DNA of 64,000 nt from Bacteroidetes bacterium 47-18 (GCA_001897155.1 MKSF01000006.1:94696-158695), one strand, 5' to 3'; shown: positions 37,330 to 47,629, counted from the first letter of the stretch. Translations and numbers: made by a program. Notes: generated from the letters alone by a model not told the origin.

Positions 37330-40251
37330 ATGAGAAAGTTAATTTACCTGTGCTACTTAATATTTGTAAGTAGCGCCATGCGTATCTATGCGCAATGCCC
37401 GCGCCCAACCTCTTTCGGAACCGTAGCTGTAGTGCCGGCTTCCTGTCCCGGAAACGGCCTCATAGCGATCACCGGCATGACCCCTTCACTTTCCGCTGCA
37501 CAATACCAGTTCATGCTGATGAACGCTGCCGGAACACAGGTCATAAAGCCCTGGCAGAATAACGATACCATATTTTCGGTAGAAGCAGGCACTTATAAGC
37601 TATACGCCAGAACGATCTGCTCGAACGGATTCAGCGATTCTTTATTAAGGACCCCTGACATTGTGGTCAACAACAACTACCAGCCCTCCAATATCACGGG
37701 TATTACCGTAAATAATAATGATGTATGTAATGACGGCAAGATAACCATTGCCGGAACCGGCAGCACACCCCGCGCCTACGCGCTGGTCAGCAGCCTGAAT
37801 GAGCTGGACCCCCCGGCCGGCTATATAAAGCCGCCCAGTGCTTCCAATGTGTTCGATTCACTGACCGGCGGTATTTATTATGTACGTATGTACGACAGAT
37901 GCGGCGGCTACCATACACAGGCGGTAAATGTTCCCAGGCAGGATTCCGGGGCATATATCGCCAACAGCTATACCCTGAATAAGTACGGCTGTGATTCCTT
38001 CAGATTCAGCACCAGCTTTTATAACCTGAATAAGAGAAATTACCGGGTATGGGTGAACTGGCCCAACGGCACAACGGATACTTTTAACTATTCCAATGCC
38101 ACGGCGGAGTCAGGCTCACAGACTTTCGGCTTCGGCATAAGGAAGCTGGACAGCTTTTATACTGCCGGAACGTTTCCTGACAATATCAGCACCTGGCCCA
38201 AAAACATTACGGTGACCGTAGAGGATTTCTGTAAAAACACGTCTACGAAGACCTACACCATCAATAAGCCATTGGTACCGAGAATCACGACCGTCAATAC
38301 CAATACGGGCTACGGCAGTAATTGCGACAGCATAGCGGTACGTTTCAGGATCAGCTATACTTCCGGATCGCTCACATCCTATACCAATGTTTTATGGAAC
38401 AATACCGTACACTACAGCCTCGATGACGGGGCGACCTGGCGGCCGGGCAGCAGCAGCAGTACTTACATCAATACATCAGATTATCTTGTCCTTCCCAGAG
38501 GCGCCGCCCTTACATTAAAAGTAGCCTATTGCGGGGATACGCTTACACAGTCATTTACCACCGCCGCCAAACCGCTCATGGCCGTTTCCCTCAACGAGTA
38601 TAACCTGGGATCCTGCTACACGAGATCCGGCATCAGCATTTCAGGCGCAACCAATACCAATGCCGACAGCATAAGGATCAGCATACTGAGCCAGCCCGCC
38701 GGCGCGAACCTGACAGATACCATTATCCCTTATAACAGCTCCACCTTATACCTGTCCAACTGGCTGAACCTCCCGCCCGGCTCCTATTCCGTCCAGCTTT
38801 CTGACAGCGGCTTCGTGGATTGTCCGTCCACCATCGTACGCAATATTACCCTTTCCCATCCTCTCCAACTGAATTATTCCTATTATTACGACTGTAATGC
38901 CAATCTGGTCATATATACCACCAGCCTTTACAGGAGCGGCAGCAACCAGCGGCTTTCATCGGCATTAAAGGCGGTGATCACCGATCTTTCCGGCAATAAG
39001 ATAAGCACCACCACTTATCATGCCGGCACTATCAGCGGCGTAACCGGCGATACCACAGTGATCCGGATACCTGCCACCACTATGCAAAATATACCTAACG
39101 GCGATTACCTGCTGAAAGTATGGGTGGACCGGCTCGCCAACGGCCCGGATAATGATACCTGCAATATGACGGAACGGCCTTTCAGAAAAGATGAGATATT
39201 CCTGAACTTATCCAAGTCCTATAAGCTGAACGGCTGTGTAGAGGATGCGCAGACCAGCACGGCCATAGGGCTGGCAGAAGGCGGACTGGCACCCTATTCC
39301 TGGGCGCTGTTCAGGGACAGCATTCATATTTCCAACCTTGTTGCCGGCCCGTCAGCCAGCAATATCTTCAACAACCTGAATACTAATAATACCTATTACC
39401 TGCAGGTAAATGACCAATGCGGCCGCGGTAATAATATTATCCTGAATTCCAGCATAGCGAGGGTTCCCATGTATGTCAACAGCCACAGCCTTATGCCATG
39501 CGTGGGCGATAATGTGACCTTAAGCGTTGACCGGTACGATAATGTGACCTATCAGTGGTATAAGAACAACGATCTTATACCGGATGCTACCGGCAATTCC
39601 TTTACCCTGACCAATATCCAGGACCCCGCGGATTCCGGCAGATATAAGGTGAGCATGAAAGCCGGGGATTGCAGCATATTTTCATCCGAACAATTAATAG
39701 ACCCGGGCCTGTGCGGTCAGCCGCTGCCCTTGCAACTGGTTGCCTTCTTCGGGTACGGCAGCAACCGTAAAGCGCATCTTTTCTGGCATACCGTCAATGA
39801 AAAAGACCATAAAGGGTTTTACGTGGAAAGAAGCTCCAATGGCCAGCATTGGGAGATGCTGGATTTCCTGCCCGCCAGAGGCAATAACGGAATAGGTAAG
39901 AACGAGTACAGCTATACCGATAACGGCATCAGCCTGCCGCAATATTTCTACAGGCTTAAGTCTGCAGGACTGGACGGCAGCACGGAATATTCCACGATCA
40001 TCCATATCCGCTTCACCTCCGGGCAGCCCGACCTTTCCGTTTTCCCCAATCCCGTAACGGAAAGCTATACCAGAGTGTATAATGCTGCACAGGTACCGCT
40101 TGACCTGTATAATGCCCATGGCATGCTTATCAGGAGCTTCATCCCGGACAGCGACCAGTTCCGGCTGGATCTTTCCGATCTGAATCCTGGCATTTATCTT
40201 ATTAAATCCCGTAATGACCAGCAGGCGGTCAAGCTCAATGTATTACATTAA
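37330..40251 (+). CDS. Large secreted protein with T9SS type-A C-terminal sorting domain (function unknown)
   Basis: N-terminal signal peptide. 973 aa rich in Ig-like/beta repeats with many Cys pairs. C-terminal ...VFPNPVTESYTRVYN...GIYLIKSRNDQQAVKLNVLH typical of a T9SS CTD. Confidence 0.7.
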   Translation: MRKLIYLCYLIFVSSAMRIYAQCPRPTSFGTVAVVPASCPGNGLIAITGMTPSLSAAQYQFMLMNAAGTQVIKPWQNNDTIFSVEAGTYKLYARTICSNGFSDSLLRTPDIVVNNNYQPSNITGITVNNNDVCNDGKITIAGTGSTPRAYALVSSLNELDPPAGYIKPPSASNVFDSLTGGIYYVRMYDRCGGYHTQAVNVPRQDSGAYIANSYTLNKYGCDSFRFSTSFYNLNKRNYRVWVNWPNGTTDTFNYSNATAESGSQTFGFGIRKLDSFYTAGTFPDNISTWPKNITVTVEDFCKNTSTKTYTINKPLVPRITTVNTNTGYGSNCDSIAVRFRISYTSGSLTSYTNVLWNNTVHYSLDDGATWRPGSSSSTYINTSDYLVLPRGAALTLKVAYCGDTLTQSFTTAAKPLMAVSLNEYNLGSCYTRSGISISGATNTNADSIRISILSQPAGANLTDTIIPYNSSTLYLSNWLNLPPGSYSVQLSDSGFVDCPSTIVRNITLSHPLQLNYSYYYDCNANLVIYTTSLYRSGSNQRLSSALKAVITDLSGNKISTTTYHAGTISGVTGDTTVIRIPATTMQNIPNGDYLLKVWVDRLANGPDNDTCNMTERPFRKDEIFLNLSKSYKLNGCVEDAQTSTAIGLAEGGLAPYSWALFRDSIHISNLVAGPSASNIFNNLNTNNTYYLQVNDQCGRGNNIILNSSIARVPMYVNSHSLMPCVGDNVTLSVDRYDNVTYQWYKNNDLIPDATGNSFTLTNIQDPADSGRYKVSMKAGDCSIFSSEQLIDPGLCGQPLPLQLVAFFGYGSNRKAHLFWHTVNEKDHKGFYVERSSNGQHWEMLDFLPARGNNGIGKNEYSYTDNGISLPQYFYRLKSAGLDGSTEYSTIIHIRFTSGQPDLSVFPNPVTESYTRVYNAAQVPLDLYNAHGMLIRSFIPDSDQFRLDLSDLNPGIYLIKSRNDQQAVKLNVLH

Positions 40252-40493
40252 GAGTACCCCCCTGGTAAACAGATGGCTAGTAAAGAATACCAACAACGGA
40301 GGAAAGGACGGAGAAAGTCCGGGAACTTAACCGGAAGCATATCAACAAAGGAGAAATCTAATGGTAAGTACAAGACCGCAGGACATGCTTACCCGGTTGT
40401 TGGTGAAGCGCTTTCTGACCCACAGAGGGGAACACTGCTTAGTAAAGCGTATCCGTAATAAAAGGTGGTTTCCTATAAGAAGATAATCACTTA

Positions 40494-40533
40494 AAATAAA
40501 TTGGCTGCCCGGTTCGGGCAGCCAATTTATTTT
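40494..40533. terminator. Strong bidirectional rho-independent terminator (AAATAAATTGGCTGCCCG-gtt-CGGGCAGCCAATTTATTTT)
   Basis: 18-bp perfect stem with A-run/T-run flanks, between convergent genes. Confidence 0.65.
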
Positions 40534-40601
40534 CGGACAGGGAACATATCATTTACTGATAAGTCCTGTAACAGCAGCAGGAATAGGAGCATTATCCATT
40601 A

Positions 40602-41789
40602 TTAATAAGTTTCTCCCTTATAAAATACTTTGAACAGATTGCTGCCGAACCTGTAGGTGAACACATCGAACTGCATCTCCCACCACGGCACATCCGCGTT
40701 CACGATATCATATGTCTTGCCGTCCGTGAACATACGCAGCATATTGGCCCTGTTCACATATACCAGCGAATTGTAGTGTATCGTAACATCCTTGGGAATA
40801 AAATTTTCTATCTCGTATATCCTGCCCTTGTGAAATACTGCAAAATAGCCCCTGGCATTCCTGAACGCCACGATATTATCCTTTACCTTAAATTCCGGCT
40901 CGATATTGCCGATATCGTAAACGGAGTCGTTGTAATAGATCTTGAACCTGGAATCGCTGCCTACAAATGCCACCACATCATCCCCTACGGCATATACTGA
41001 CGGCCTGAAGTTATCATAGACATTGCTGGACCCCGCATGATAGATCTTAAAATGAGAGTTATTATCCACGTACGCCACAGTATTACGACCGACCGCAAAG
41101 CTTTCCACCCCAAAGTCATCCAGGTCCCATACCAGGCCCTTGTAAAAGCATTTGAACTGGTTGGCATAGTTGAGATAGGCCACGATATTGTCAGACACCA
41201 GGATCTGTGACAATTGTCCCTGGGCGATGTCGCGTGAGCTGACCAGCGCGCTTTCTTCCACCTGGAAAATCGTGTTCATGTTGGTCCCGGCCAGGAAGCC
41301 TTCCAGCTCGGTTACCCGGCCGTTATAATAGGCATTATAGCTCTTTTTAAGATCGTCAAAATAAACAATGATGCTGTCGCCTGTATAGAACTCCCCGAAG
41401 CTCCGGGTCAGCAATGTGGATTTGCCCTTTTCCCAGGCATACAGGGCCGTAGCATTCTGGTAGCTGACCAGGTAATCCGTCACCTGGAAATTATTGGTGA
41501 ATCCCCTGTTGATCTCAGTGGTGCCACCGTTATAGTAGATCTTGAAATTATTGGAATTGTCCAGGTATGCCATAGCCACTCTCCCCACCTTCACCTTCAG
41601 CGGCCTCAGGTAATCTATTTTCCGTATAAAGCCGTTATCCCATACCATTACCTCGTTCTGCATCGTCGTATAGGAAGCAAGCTGCGCGTAGGACCCGCTG
41701 CCATAACAGACCAGCGCGGCAGCTATTATCAACAGGCGTTTAAAGTAAAGATCTATTTTATACATTATTCCATTTTTGATTGGTATCAA
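40602..41789 (-). CDS. Hypothetical secreted repeat protein (about 7 copies of a ~45-aa VAY(V/L)DN..FKIYY.G repeat, probable beta-propeller)
   Basis: Signal peptide. Repeated motifs VAYLDNSNNFKIYYNG, VAYLNYANQFKCFYKG, VAYVDNNSHFKIYHAG, VAFVGSDSRFKIYYND, VAFRNARGYFAVFHKG and others. Confidence 0.5.
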   Translation of the reverse strand: MIPIKNGIMYKIDLYFKRLLIIAAALVCYGSGSYAQLASYTTMQNEVMVWDNGFIRKIDYLRPLKVKVGRVAMAYLDNSNNFKIYYNGGTTEINRGFTNNFQVTDYLVSYQNATALYAWEKGKSTLLTRSFGEFYTGDSIIVYFDDLKKSYNAYYNGRVTELEGFLAGTNMNTIFQVEESALVSSRDIAQGQLSQILVSDNIVAYLNYANQFKCFYKGLVWDLDDFGVESFAVGRNTVAYVDNNSHFKIYHAGSSNVYDNFRPSVYAVGDDVVAFVGSDSRFKIYYNDSVYDIGNIEPEFKVKDNIVAFRNARGYFAVFHKGRIYEIENFIPKDVTIHYNSLVYVNRANMLRMFTDGKTYDIVNADVPWWEMQFDVFTYRFGSNLFKVFYKGETY

Positions 41790-41952
41790 AGATAGTTAAA
41801 GTAAGGCAAAAAAAATGCCGGCCCAAGAATGAGCCAGCTTTTAAACCCTATCACCATGAAAATTTATAATAAATATATCAAACTGAAGATTGATATATTG
41901 AATATTTAAATTGAAGCCACTAATTTACGAACAAAAACCGAAACTGCAAAAT

Positions 41953-42510
41953 TTATTTTTTGGCGGTTTTCTTCGGAGAGAAAATAGCAAGCATTCTCCG
42001 GCCTTCCATTTTAGGCATGGATTCCAGCGCGCCTACCTCGGCGAGCCTTTCCGCAAATTTCAGCAATATCAGCTCACCCCTGTTCTGGAATAAGATGCTT
42101 CTTCCTTTAAACTGTACAAAGCATTTTACCTTGTGGCCTTCCTGCAGGAATTTCTCCGCGTGCTTGGCTTTGAAATCAAAATCGTGGTCATCGGTATTCG
42201 GTGTGAAACGAATCTCCTTTACCTCTGCCTGCTTGGATTTAGCTTTCTGCTCCTTCTCTTTTTTCTTCTTTTCGTAAAGAAACTTATTGTAATCTATGAT
42301 CCGGCAAACGGGAGGAGCGGCATTGGGAGAAATTTCCACCAAGTCCATTTCCGCGTCTGCGGCCAGCTTTAAAGCCTCTGCAAAAGAATATACGCCCGGC
42401 TCTATGTTCTCTCCCACCAATCTTACTTCCGGTACTCCTTTTATCAGATTATTGATCCTGTGTTCCTGTTCCCTTTTAAAGTTATTGTTATTTCTGTCTC
42501 TTCTCTGCAT
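41953..42510 (-). CDS. infC: Translation initiation factor IF-3
   Basis: EVRLVGENIEPGVYSFAEALKLAADAEMDLVEISPNAAPPVCRIIDYNKF...IRFTPNTDDHDFDFK is the canonical IF3 N- and C-domains. The start is likely non-canonical, as usual for infC. Confidence 0.8.
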   Translation of the reverse strand: MQRRDRNNNNFKREQEHRINNLIKGVPEVRLVGENIEPGVYSFAEALKLAADAEMDLVEISPNAAPPVCRIIDYNKFLYEKKKKEKEQKAKSKQAEVKEIRFTPNTDDHDFDFKAKHAEKFLQEGHKVKCFVQFKGRSILFQNRGELILLKFAERLAEVGALESMPKMEGRRMLAIFSPKKTAKK

Positions 42511-42599
42511 TTAAAGTTTAAGTATAATTAATAATGTGGTGCAAATTTACGGGTATTTGAGTCAAATCGAACTAATCTTATAGAAATATTTTATTAAAA

Positions 42600-43358
42600 T
42601 TACTTTGATTTAAATTTTTGAATGGCATTTCTTGTAAAATCGCTCAGCACCAGCTTACCCGACACCGCCGCACGCTCCACCAGCAAGGTATCCCAGTGCT
42701 CCGTACCTTCCCAGAAAACTTTTTTCAGATCGGCCATAGCCTCAGGAGAAGAGGCCTTCAGCCTGTCACACAGCGCCTCTACTGCAGCGTCCACTTCCTC
42801 TACGGTCTCATATACTTCGGCATACAGGCCGAACTGCTGCGCAAAGCGGGCATCTCTCCACTGCGTGGCGTCTATAGCCAGTTGTGTAAAGGCGGCATTG
42901 CCCATTTTTCGCTCTACCGCGGGACCCACCACGAAAGGACCGATACCTACGGCCAGCTCGCTCAGCTTTACAGCGGCTGCAGCGGTAGCAATGGTATAAT
43001 CTGCCGCGGCTGCGATACCCACACCGCCGCCTACGGCCTTACCCTGCACACGGGCTATGACAAATTTGGGCACCACCCGTATCGCATTGATCACCCTGGC
43101 GAACCCGCTGAAAAATACTTTACCCTTTTCCTCGTTATCAATGGCCATCAGCTCATCGAAAGAAGCGCCCGCACAGAATGCTTTTGCCCCGTCGCTCTTC
43201 AATACAATAACCTTCACTTCGGCATCCTGCCCCAGCTCCAGTATACCCGCAGCTATCCTGTTCAGTATCTCACCCGGCAGCGAATTGCCGGACGGATGAA
43301 AAAAAACAACTTCGCCCACACCTTCCCTGACGCTGATATTTACATATGCCTGACTCAT
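42600..43358 (-). CDS. Enoyl-CoA hydratase/isomerase (crotonase) family protein
   Basis: VIVLKSDGAKAFCAGASFDEL and the oxyanion-hole region GKAVGGGVGIAAAAD. 252 aa. Confidence 0.8.
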   Translation of the reverse strand: MSQAYVNISVREGVGEVVFFHPSGNSLPGEILNRIAAGILELGQDAEVKVIVLKSDGAKAFCAGASFDELMAIDNEEKGKVFFSGFARVINAIRVVPKFVIARVQGKAVGGGVGIAAAADYTIATAAAAVKLSELAVGIGPFVVGPAVERKMGNAAFTQLAIDATQWRDARFAQQFGLYAEVYETVEEVDAAVEALCDRLKASSPEAMADLKKVFWEGTEHWDTLLVERAAVSGKLVLSDFTRNAIQKFKSK

Positions 43359-43539
43359 GTATGTAGTATTGATTTACCTGTTATTGTATGTATAAAATTG
43401 AGAAATATCTGCAATTATATTACTTAATTTCAAAATTGTCAAAAATTATAAATACTATAACGCACATTTCATAAAAAAGGTATTATTTTCATACACACAA
43501 CCCGATATTATTCCAATAATTTCCTATTATTACATCTGA

Positions 43540-44811
43540 ATGAAAAACAAACTCGGCATCATCTTAGCACTCAGCTTTTTGAGCATTATCGGGATTGTAT
43601 TGTTACAGATCAGCTGGATAAATAATATACTTATACTGCAGAAGCAACAGTACGATACGGAGATCAATAAGACACTTAATGATATCAAGATAAAAATATT
43701 ACAGCGTACCGCCATCAATTACGGATACAATCCTTCCGCCATCAATTATGAGAACAGCACCATCCAGAATATACTCCTGGACCAGTTGACCAGCATCCCC
43801 GAGGAAGATATACAAAACATTATCAAAAGAAACCTGACCAATAACGGCATCAAGCTGGATTTTGAATATGCCATCATCAAGAACGGCCTTTTCCTGACCA
43901 ATTCCCTCCGGTTCGATCCTCCGAGGGCGCACAACGCCTATTATTATTCGCTCAACAATGATAACAGCATACAACTGATCCTGAATATTGATTTCAGGGA
44001 CACCTATATCATACAGCGCTCTATCGGTATGATAGCCGCCGCGCTGGGCTTTACATTTATCATCCTGTATGCGTTCTACCTTACCAATACCACACTGACC
44101 AAGCTGAAGAAGCTGACCACCACCACCAATGATTATTTCAACAATATGACCCATGAGTTCAAAACGCCTATTGCCACCATCAACCTGGCCGTAGATACCC
44201 TGCGGTCGCCCAAGATACAGAATGCGCCGGACAAGCAACTGTTTTACCTGCAGATGATCAAGGAGGAGAATAACAGGATGCTGAAGCTGGTGCAGCGCAT
44301 CCTTGAAAGCGCCAAGAGCGAGGAGTCAGGGATCATATTGAGCATCGCTTCCATTGATGCGCATAAAATACTGCAGCAGGCCAGCGAGAGCGTGATCCTG
44401 ATGTTGCGGAACAAGGACGGGGACATCCGCCTGCAACTGAACGCCGCACGCTATACGATACTGGGCGACGAGATACACCTGACCAATATCTTCAACAATC
44501 TCCTGGACAATGCCATCAAGTACGCGGCGCCTTCCCGCCAGCCGGTCATAGAGATCAAAACTTATAACCAGCGGCACAATCTTGTCATAGAGATCAGGGA
44601 CAACGGCGTAGGCATATCCAAAGAAGCGCTCAAATATATCTTTGACCGGTTCTACAGGGTCTCAACGGGCAATATCCACAATGTAAAAGGGTACGGGCTC
44701 GGCTTAAGCTATGTCAAATCGGTGGTGGAGAAACATTCCGGCACCATCAGGGTAGACAGCGTGGTCAATAAAGGCTCCGCATTCATCATTACGTTGCCGC
44801 TACAGGCATAG
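43540..44811 (+). CDS. Sensor histidine kinase (HisKA plus HATPase_c), no adjacent response regulator
   Basis: H-box NMTHEFKTPIATINLA. N-box LLDNAIKYA. G-box GYGLGLSYVKSVVEKHSGTI. Two N-terminal TM helices. Confidence 0.8.
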   Translation: MKNKLGIILALSFLSIIGIVLLQISWINNILILQKQQYDTEINKTLNDIKIKILQRTAINYGYNPSAINYENSTIQNILLDQLTSIPEEDIQNIIKRNLTNNGIKLDFEYAIIKNGLFLTNSLRFDPPRAHNAYYYSLNNDNSIQLILNIDFRDTYIIQRSIGMIAAALGFTFIILYAFYLTNTTLTKLKKLTTTTNDYFNNMTHEFKTPIATINLAVDTLRSPKIQNAPDKQLFYLQMIKEENNRMLKLVQRILESAKSEESGIILSIASIDAHKILQQASESVILMLRNKDGDIRLQLNAARYTILGDEIHLTNIFNNLLDNAIKYAAPSRQPVIEIKTYNQRHNLVIEIRDNGVGISKEALKYIFDRFYRVSTGNIHNVKGYGLGLSYVKSVVEKHSGTIRVDSVVNKGSAFIITLPLQA

Positions 44812-44824
44812 CGGGCCTACCTCC

Positions 44825-46975
44825 TTAAAATTCATACCGCAGCATTACCTGGATATTGCGGCCCTGCTCCGGCAGGTTCAGTATCCTGTACCTGGACATA
44901 TTATTCATATATACGGCATTGGTCAGGTTCCTGACCTGCAGGTAAGCCGTCAGCCTGGTGCCGCGCAGCCGGAAGCTGTTGGATAAGGAAGCGTTCAGGA
45001 GGAAATAGCCCTCCGTAACAGGCTCGTTGATATAGGTCCTGTGCTGCGGTGCGAAGTAATGCCCTTCCAGGCTGATGTAGAACTGGTCCAGGAGGTCATT
45101 GTTCCATAAAGGCTTATAGGTAATGTCATTCCTCCAGGACATGGGCGGCGTCATGGGCAGCCCTCTCCCGGTCTCCAGGTGCCGGTTATATACATACTCC
45201 ATATCGCTGCTCCATACCAGCGCCGGTGTGATCTTGTACTGCACGGCCATTTCCATACCGCCGAAGAAAGCGGCGCCCTGGTCGTATAAATAGATCTGGC
45301 CGGCTTCTTCCAGCGGGGAGAAGACCCCGGAAGGTTTCAGGAATATATAATTGGTGAAATAGTTGGCAAAGGGCGTAATATCCACGCTCCACTTAGGACG
45401 GTTCAGCGCCCACCCGGCATCTATCATCACCCCCCGCTCTTCCTTCAGCAGCACGCTGCCTTTTTCGTGGCGGAAAGTGCCATGGTGTATGCCGTTGGAT
45501 AATAATTCGTTGATCGCGGGAACACGGAATGCCGTACCCGCGTTGAACCGGACTGCCTGCCGGGGCGAATACTGGTATTTCAGCCCGGCGGACACAGCGG
45601 CGTTAAAATAGTTCCGGGACAGCGCCGGCGACAGGGTATCGGTTGATTTCAGGCTGCCGCTCCTGTCATAGCTGTCCGCTATCGTACGTTCCGCCGTCTG
45701 CCGGATAATATCCACCCGCCCCCCTGCTGTCCAGAGGAGCTTATCGCTGGCCTGGTACTCCAGGTAGTCAAATAGTCCCACCTGGTACTGGAAGTAGGAA
45801 GGAATGAGAAATTCATCCCCGGCACTCCGGTTATGCTGCAGGGAAGAAGCCAGACCGGACACATTCCTGGCCTTTTCCCATTGCCGCGTGAACCGGGCAT
45901 TAAGCTGCAGGGTCTGCAGGTTCAGGAATAAGCTGGCATCTTTTTTTTCGTTACCCCTGACCACCTGGTAGGTATTATGCTGGTGCGGCTGCGCGATCTC
46001 CTGCCGGGTATTGTCCTGGTAGCCCAGGTCCCATTCCAGCTTCCCGTTATAAGTATGGAAATGCCCGTTATGAATTATCTTAAAGTGATTGATGAACTGG
46101 TAAGGCTTATTTACCGTCCTGAAGCTCTCCGGGTGATAGAGGTCATATGCCCTGGGCCTGCCGAAGGCTCCCACGAAGAAGCCCATCTGCTGAAATACAT
46201 TGGAGACCGTAAGGCTCATCTGTCCCCATTGTCTCCTGATGCCCTGCGTAACCTGGAAATTCGCCTCCCGGCCGCCTGTATTCTTCAGCCTGTGGTTGTA
46301 GATAGGCAGGATATAGCCGTTATAGAAGAACCTGTCGGCAGGCACCCGGTAGCTGGCGAAATCCTGGTATGTGCCGCGTACTATGGTGTAGATATCATTC
46401 CTGTTGAGGCTTAATTTTACTGAGCTGCCCAGCAGGTCATTATTCGATTTATACGTGCCTATCGCCTCGCCTTTAAAAGTATTCTTGGCAGGCACTATGG
46501 GCGGCAATATATTAATGACGCCTCCTATGCCGTCCGTACCGTAGATGACGCTTACCGGCCCTTTCAGCACTTCCACCTGGTCCACGCTGTACTGGTCTAT
46601 TTCCAGCCCATGATCCACGCCCCATTGCTGTCCCTCCTGCTTCAGGCCATTCTCTGTGACCACCACCCTGTTAAGGCTAAGCCCTCTCAGCACGGGCTTG
46701 GAGATCCCTACGCCCGTATTGATGGCGCTGACGCCGGGAATCCTTTCCAGTGTATTGATAAAAGTATTTCCCTGCTGGCGGAGCAGGGAATTTCTTCCCA
46801 GATAGGTAAGATCCAGTGTATGACCATTGAGTGTCTGGTGGTCCGATGTCGCCTTATACTCCACTGCTTCCAGCACACCTGTACGCACGGAAGGCAGGGT
46901 ATCTGCCGTTTCCTGTGCGTACAGGGGCATGGAAAGCAGGGAACAAAACACAAAACAGAAAAAATTCTTAATCAT
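44825..46975 (-). CDS. TonB-dependent outer-membrane receptor
   Basis: Signal peptide. Plug domain (VLKGPVSVIYGTDGIGGVINI). 22-strand barrel-length C-terminal part ending ...LRYEF. Confidence 0.8.
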   Translation of the reverse strand: MIKNFFCFVFCSLLSMPLYAQETADTLPSVRTGVLEAVEYKATSDHQTLNGHTLDLTYLGRNSLLRQQGNTFINTLERIPGVSAINTGVGISKPVLRGLSLNRVVVTENGLKQEGQQWGVDHGLEIDQYSVDQVEVLKGPVSVIYGTDGIGGVINILPPIVPAKNTFKGEAIGTYKSNNDLLGSSVKLSLNRNDIYTIVRGTYQDFASYRVPADRFFYNGYILPIYNHRLKNTGGREANFQVTQGIRRQWGQMSLTVSNVFQQMGFFVGAFGRPRAYDLYHPESFRTVNKPYQFINHFKIIHNGHFHTYNGKLEWDLGYQDNTRQEIAQPHQHNTYQVVRGNEKKDASLFLNLQTLQLNARFTRQWEKARNVSGLASSLQHNRSAGDEFLIPSYFQYQVGLFDYLEYQASDKLLWTAGGRVDIIRQTAERTIADSYDRSGSLKSTDTLSPALSRNYFNAAVSAGLKYQYSPRQAVRFNAGTAFRVPAINELLSNGIHHGTFRHEKGSVLLKEERGVMIDAGWALNRPKWSVDITPFANYFTNYIFLKPSGVFSPLEEAGQIYLYDQGAAFFGGMEMAVQYKITPALVWSSDMEYVYNRHLETGRGLPMTPPMSWRNDITYKPLWNNDLLDQFYISLEGHYFAPQHRTYINEPVTEGYFLLNASLSNSFRLRGTRLTAYLQVRNLTNAVYMNNMSRYRILNLPEQGRNIQVMLRYEF

Positions 46976-46996
46976 TTACGGTGCAAAGATCATGGA

Positions 46997-47470
46997 TTAA
47001 TCCAATAAAACCACATTCAGCTCTGTTTCAGGAGCCTCATTACCGTTTTTATCAATCAGCTTTATCATCAGGTGATAGTTACCCAGGGTCAGGCCATCCT
47101 CGAAGACGAATATTTCCTCTCCTTCATAATGGGTGCCGGACAGGTTGACCACTTTGCTGACATGCCAGAAGTGCTCGTCCGCAGGAGGCATTTCGCCGTG
47201 ATGATGACAAGGCTGGTTCTCATGAACATCAATTTTGTACTGGGAAAGCTCCACATCTCCCTTAAGAGAAAAGCGCACCCTCAGCGTATCTCTTACCGAT
47301 ACCTTAAGCACGTTATCTTCCTCTTCACCACAGATAGTATCCGTTGAGAGCTGGGTTTGAATGGTAATGACAGGAGCAGCCACCTGGTTGCCGCCGCCAT
47401 TGTTGCCTTTCTTTCTGCAGGCACTCAGCGCCAGGATGCTTACAGCGAATAATGTGAGTATTTGTCTCAT
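46997..47470 (-). CDS. Hypothetical His/Cys-rich lipoprotein upstream of the TonB receptor (possible metal- or heme-binding accessory protein)
   Basis: Lipobox LALSACRKK. HHH and several Cys/His. Co-oriented, 22 bp from the receptor gene. Confidence 0.45.
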   Translation of the reverse strand: MRQILTLFAVSILALSACRKKGNNGGGNQVAAPVITIQTQLSTDTICGEEEDNVLKVSVRDTLRVRFSLKGDVELSQYKIDVHENQPCHHHGEMPPADEHFWHVSKVVNLSGTHYEGEEIFVFEDGLTLGNYHLMIKLIDKNGNEAPETELNVVLLD

Positions 47471-47505
47471 TGTAGATTTTGTTTTTAAATTAAATGAATA
47501 ATCTT

Positions 47506-47568
47506 ATTGCAATAATGTTGCAATATTAAACACTTTTCCTGAATTAATGCAATTGTATTGCAATAATT
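47506..47568. promoter_or_regulatory. Four TGCAAT(A) repeats arranged as two pairs (tTGCAATaatgtTGCAATat ... aTGCAATtgtatTGCAATaa) in the divergent promoter of the lipoprotein/TonB-receptor operon and thiL
   Basis: Direct repeats at 12-bp spacing, with the pairs ~40 bp apart. Each copy is part of a palindromic ATTGCAAT. Confidence 0.35.
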
Positions 47569-47629
47569 TTTTTAAAAATTTTACGGCAATTAGGAATAAC
47601 TTTGCGGGTTCAAATAATTCCAATAATAT

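Noticed and set aside
37109-37408. N-terminal 100-aa extension of the 567-aa ORF 35705-37408
   Set aside because: The extension is hydrophobic junk (MPIVVIYMYSNLLLCICYC) with no homology. The MBL/beta-CASP protein family begins at MKISFHG (37108), which has an ATG.
40273-40458. 61-aa highly basic ORF (MASKEYQQRRKGRRKSG...) between the T9SS gene and the strong terminator
   Set aside because: No homology. Composition resembles random translation of A/G-rich spacer. It could be a small protein or a transcribed leader, so it is left uncalled.
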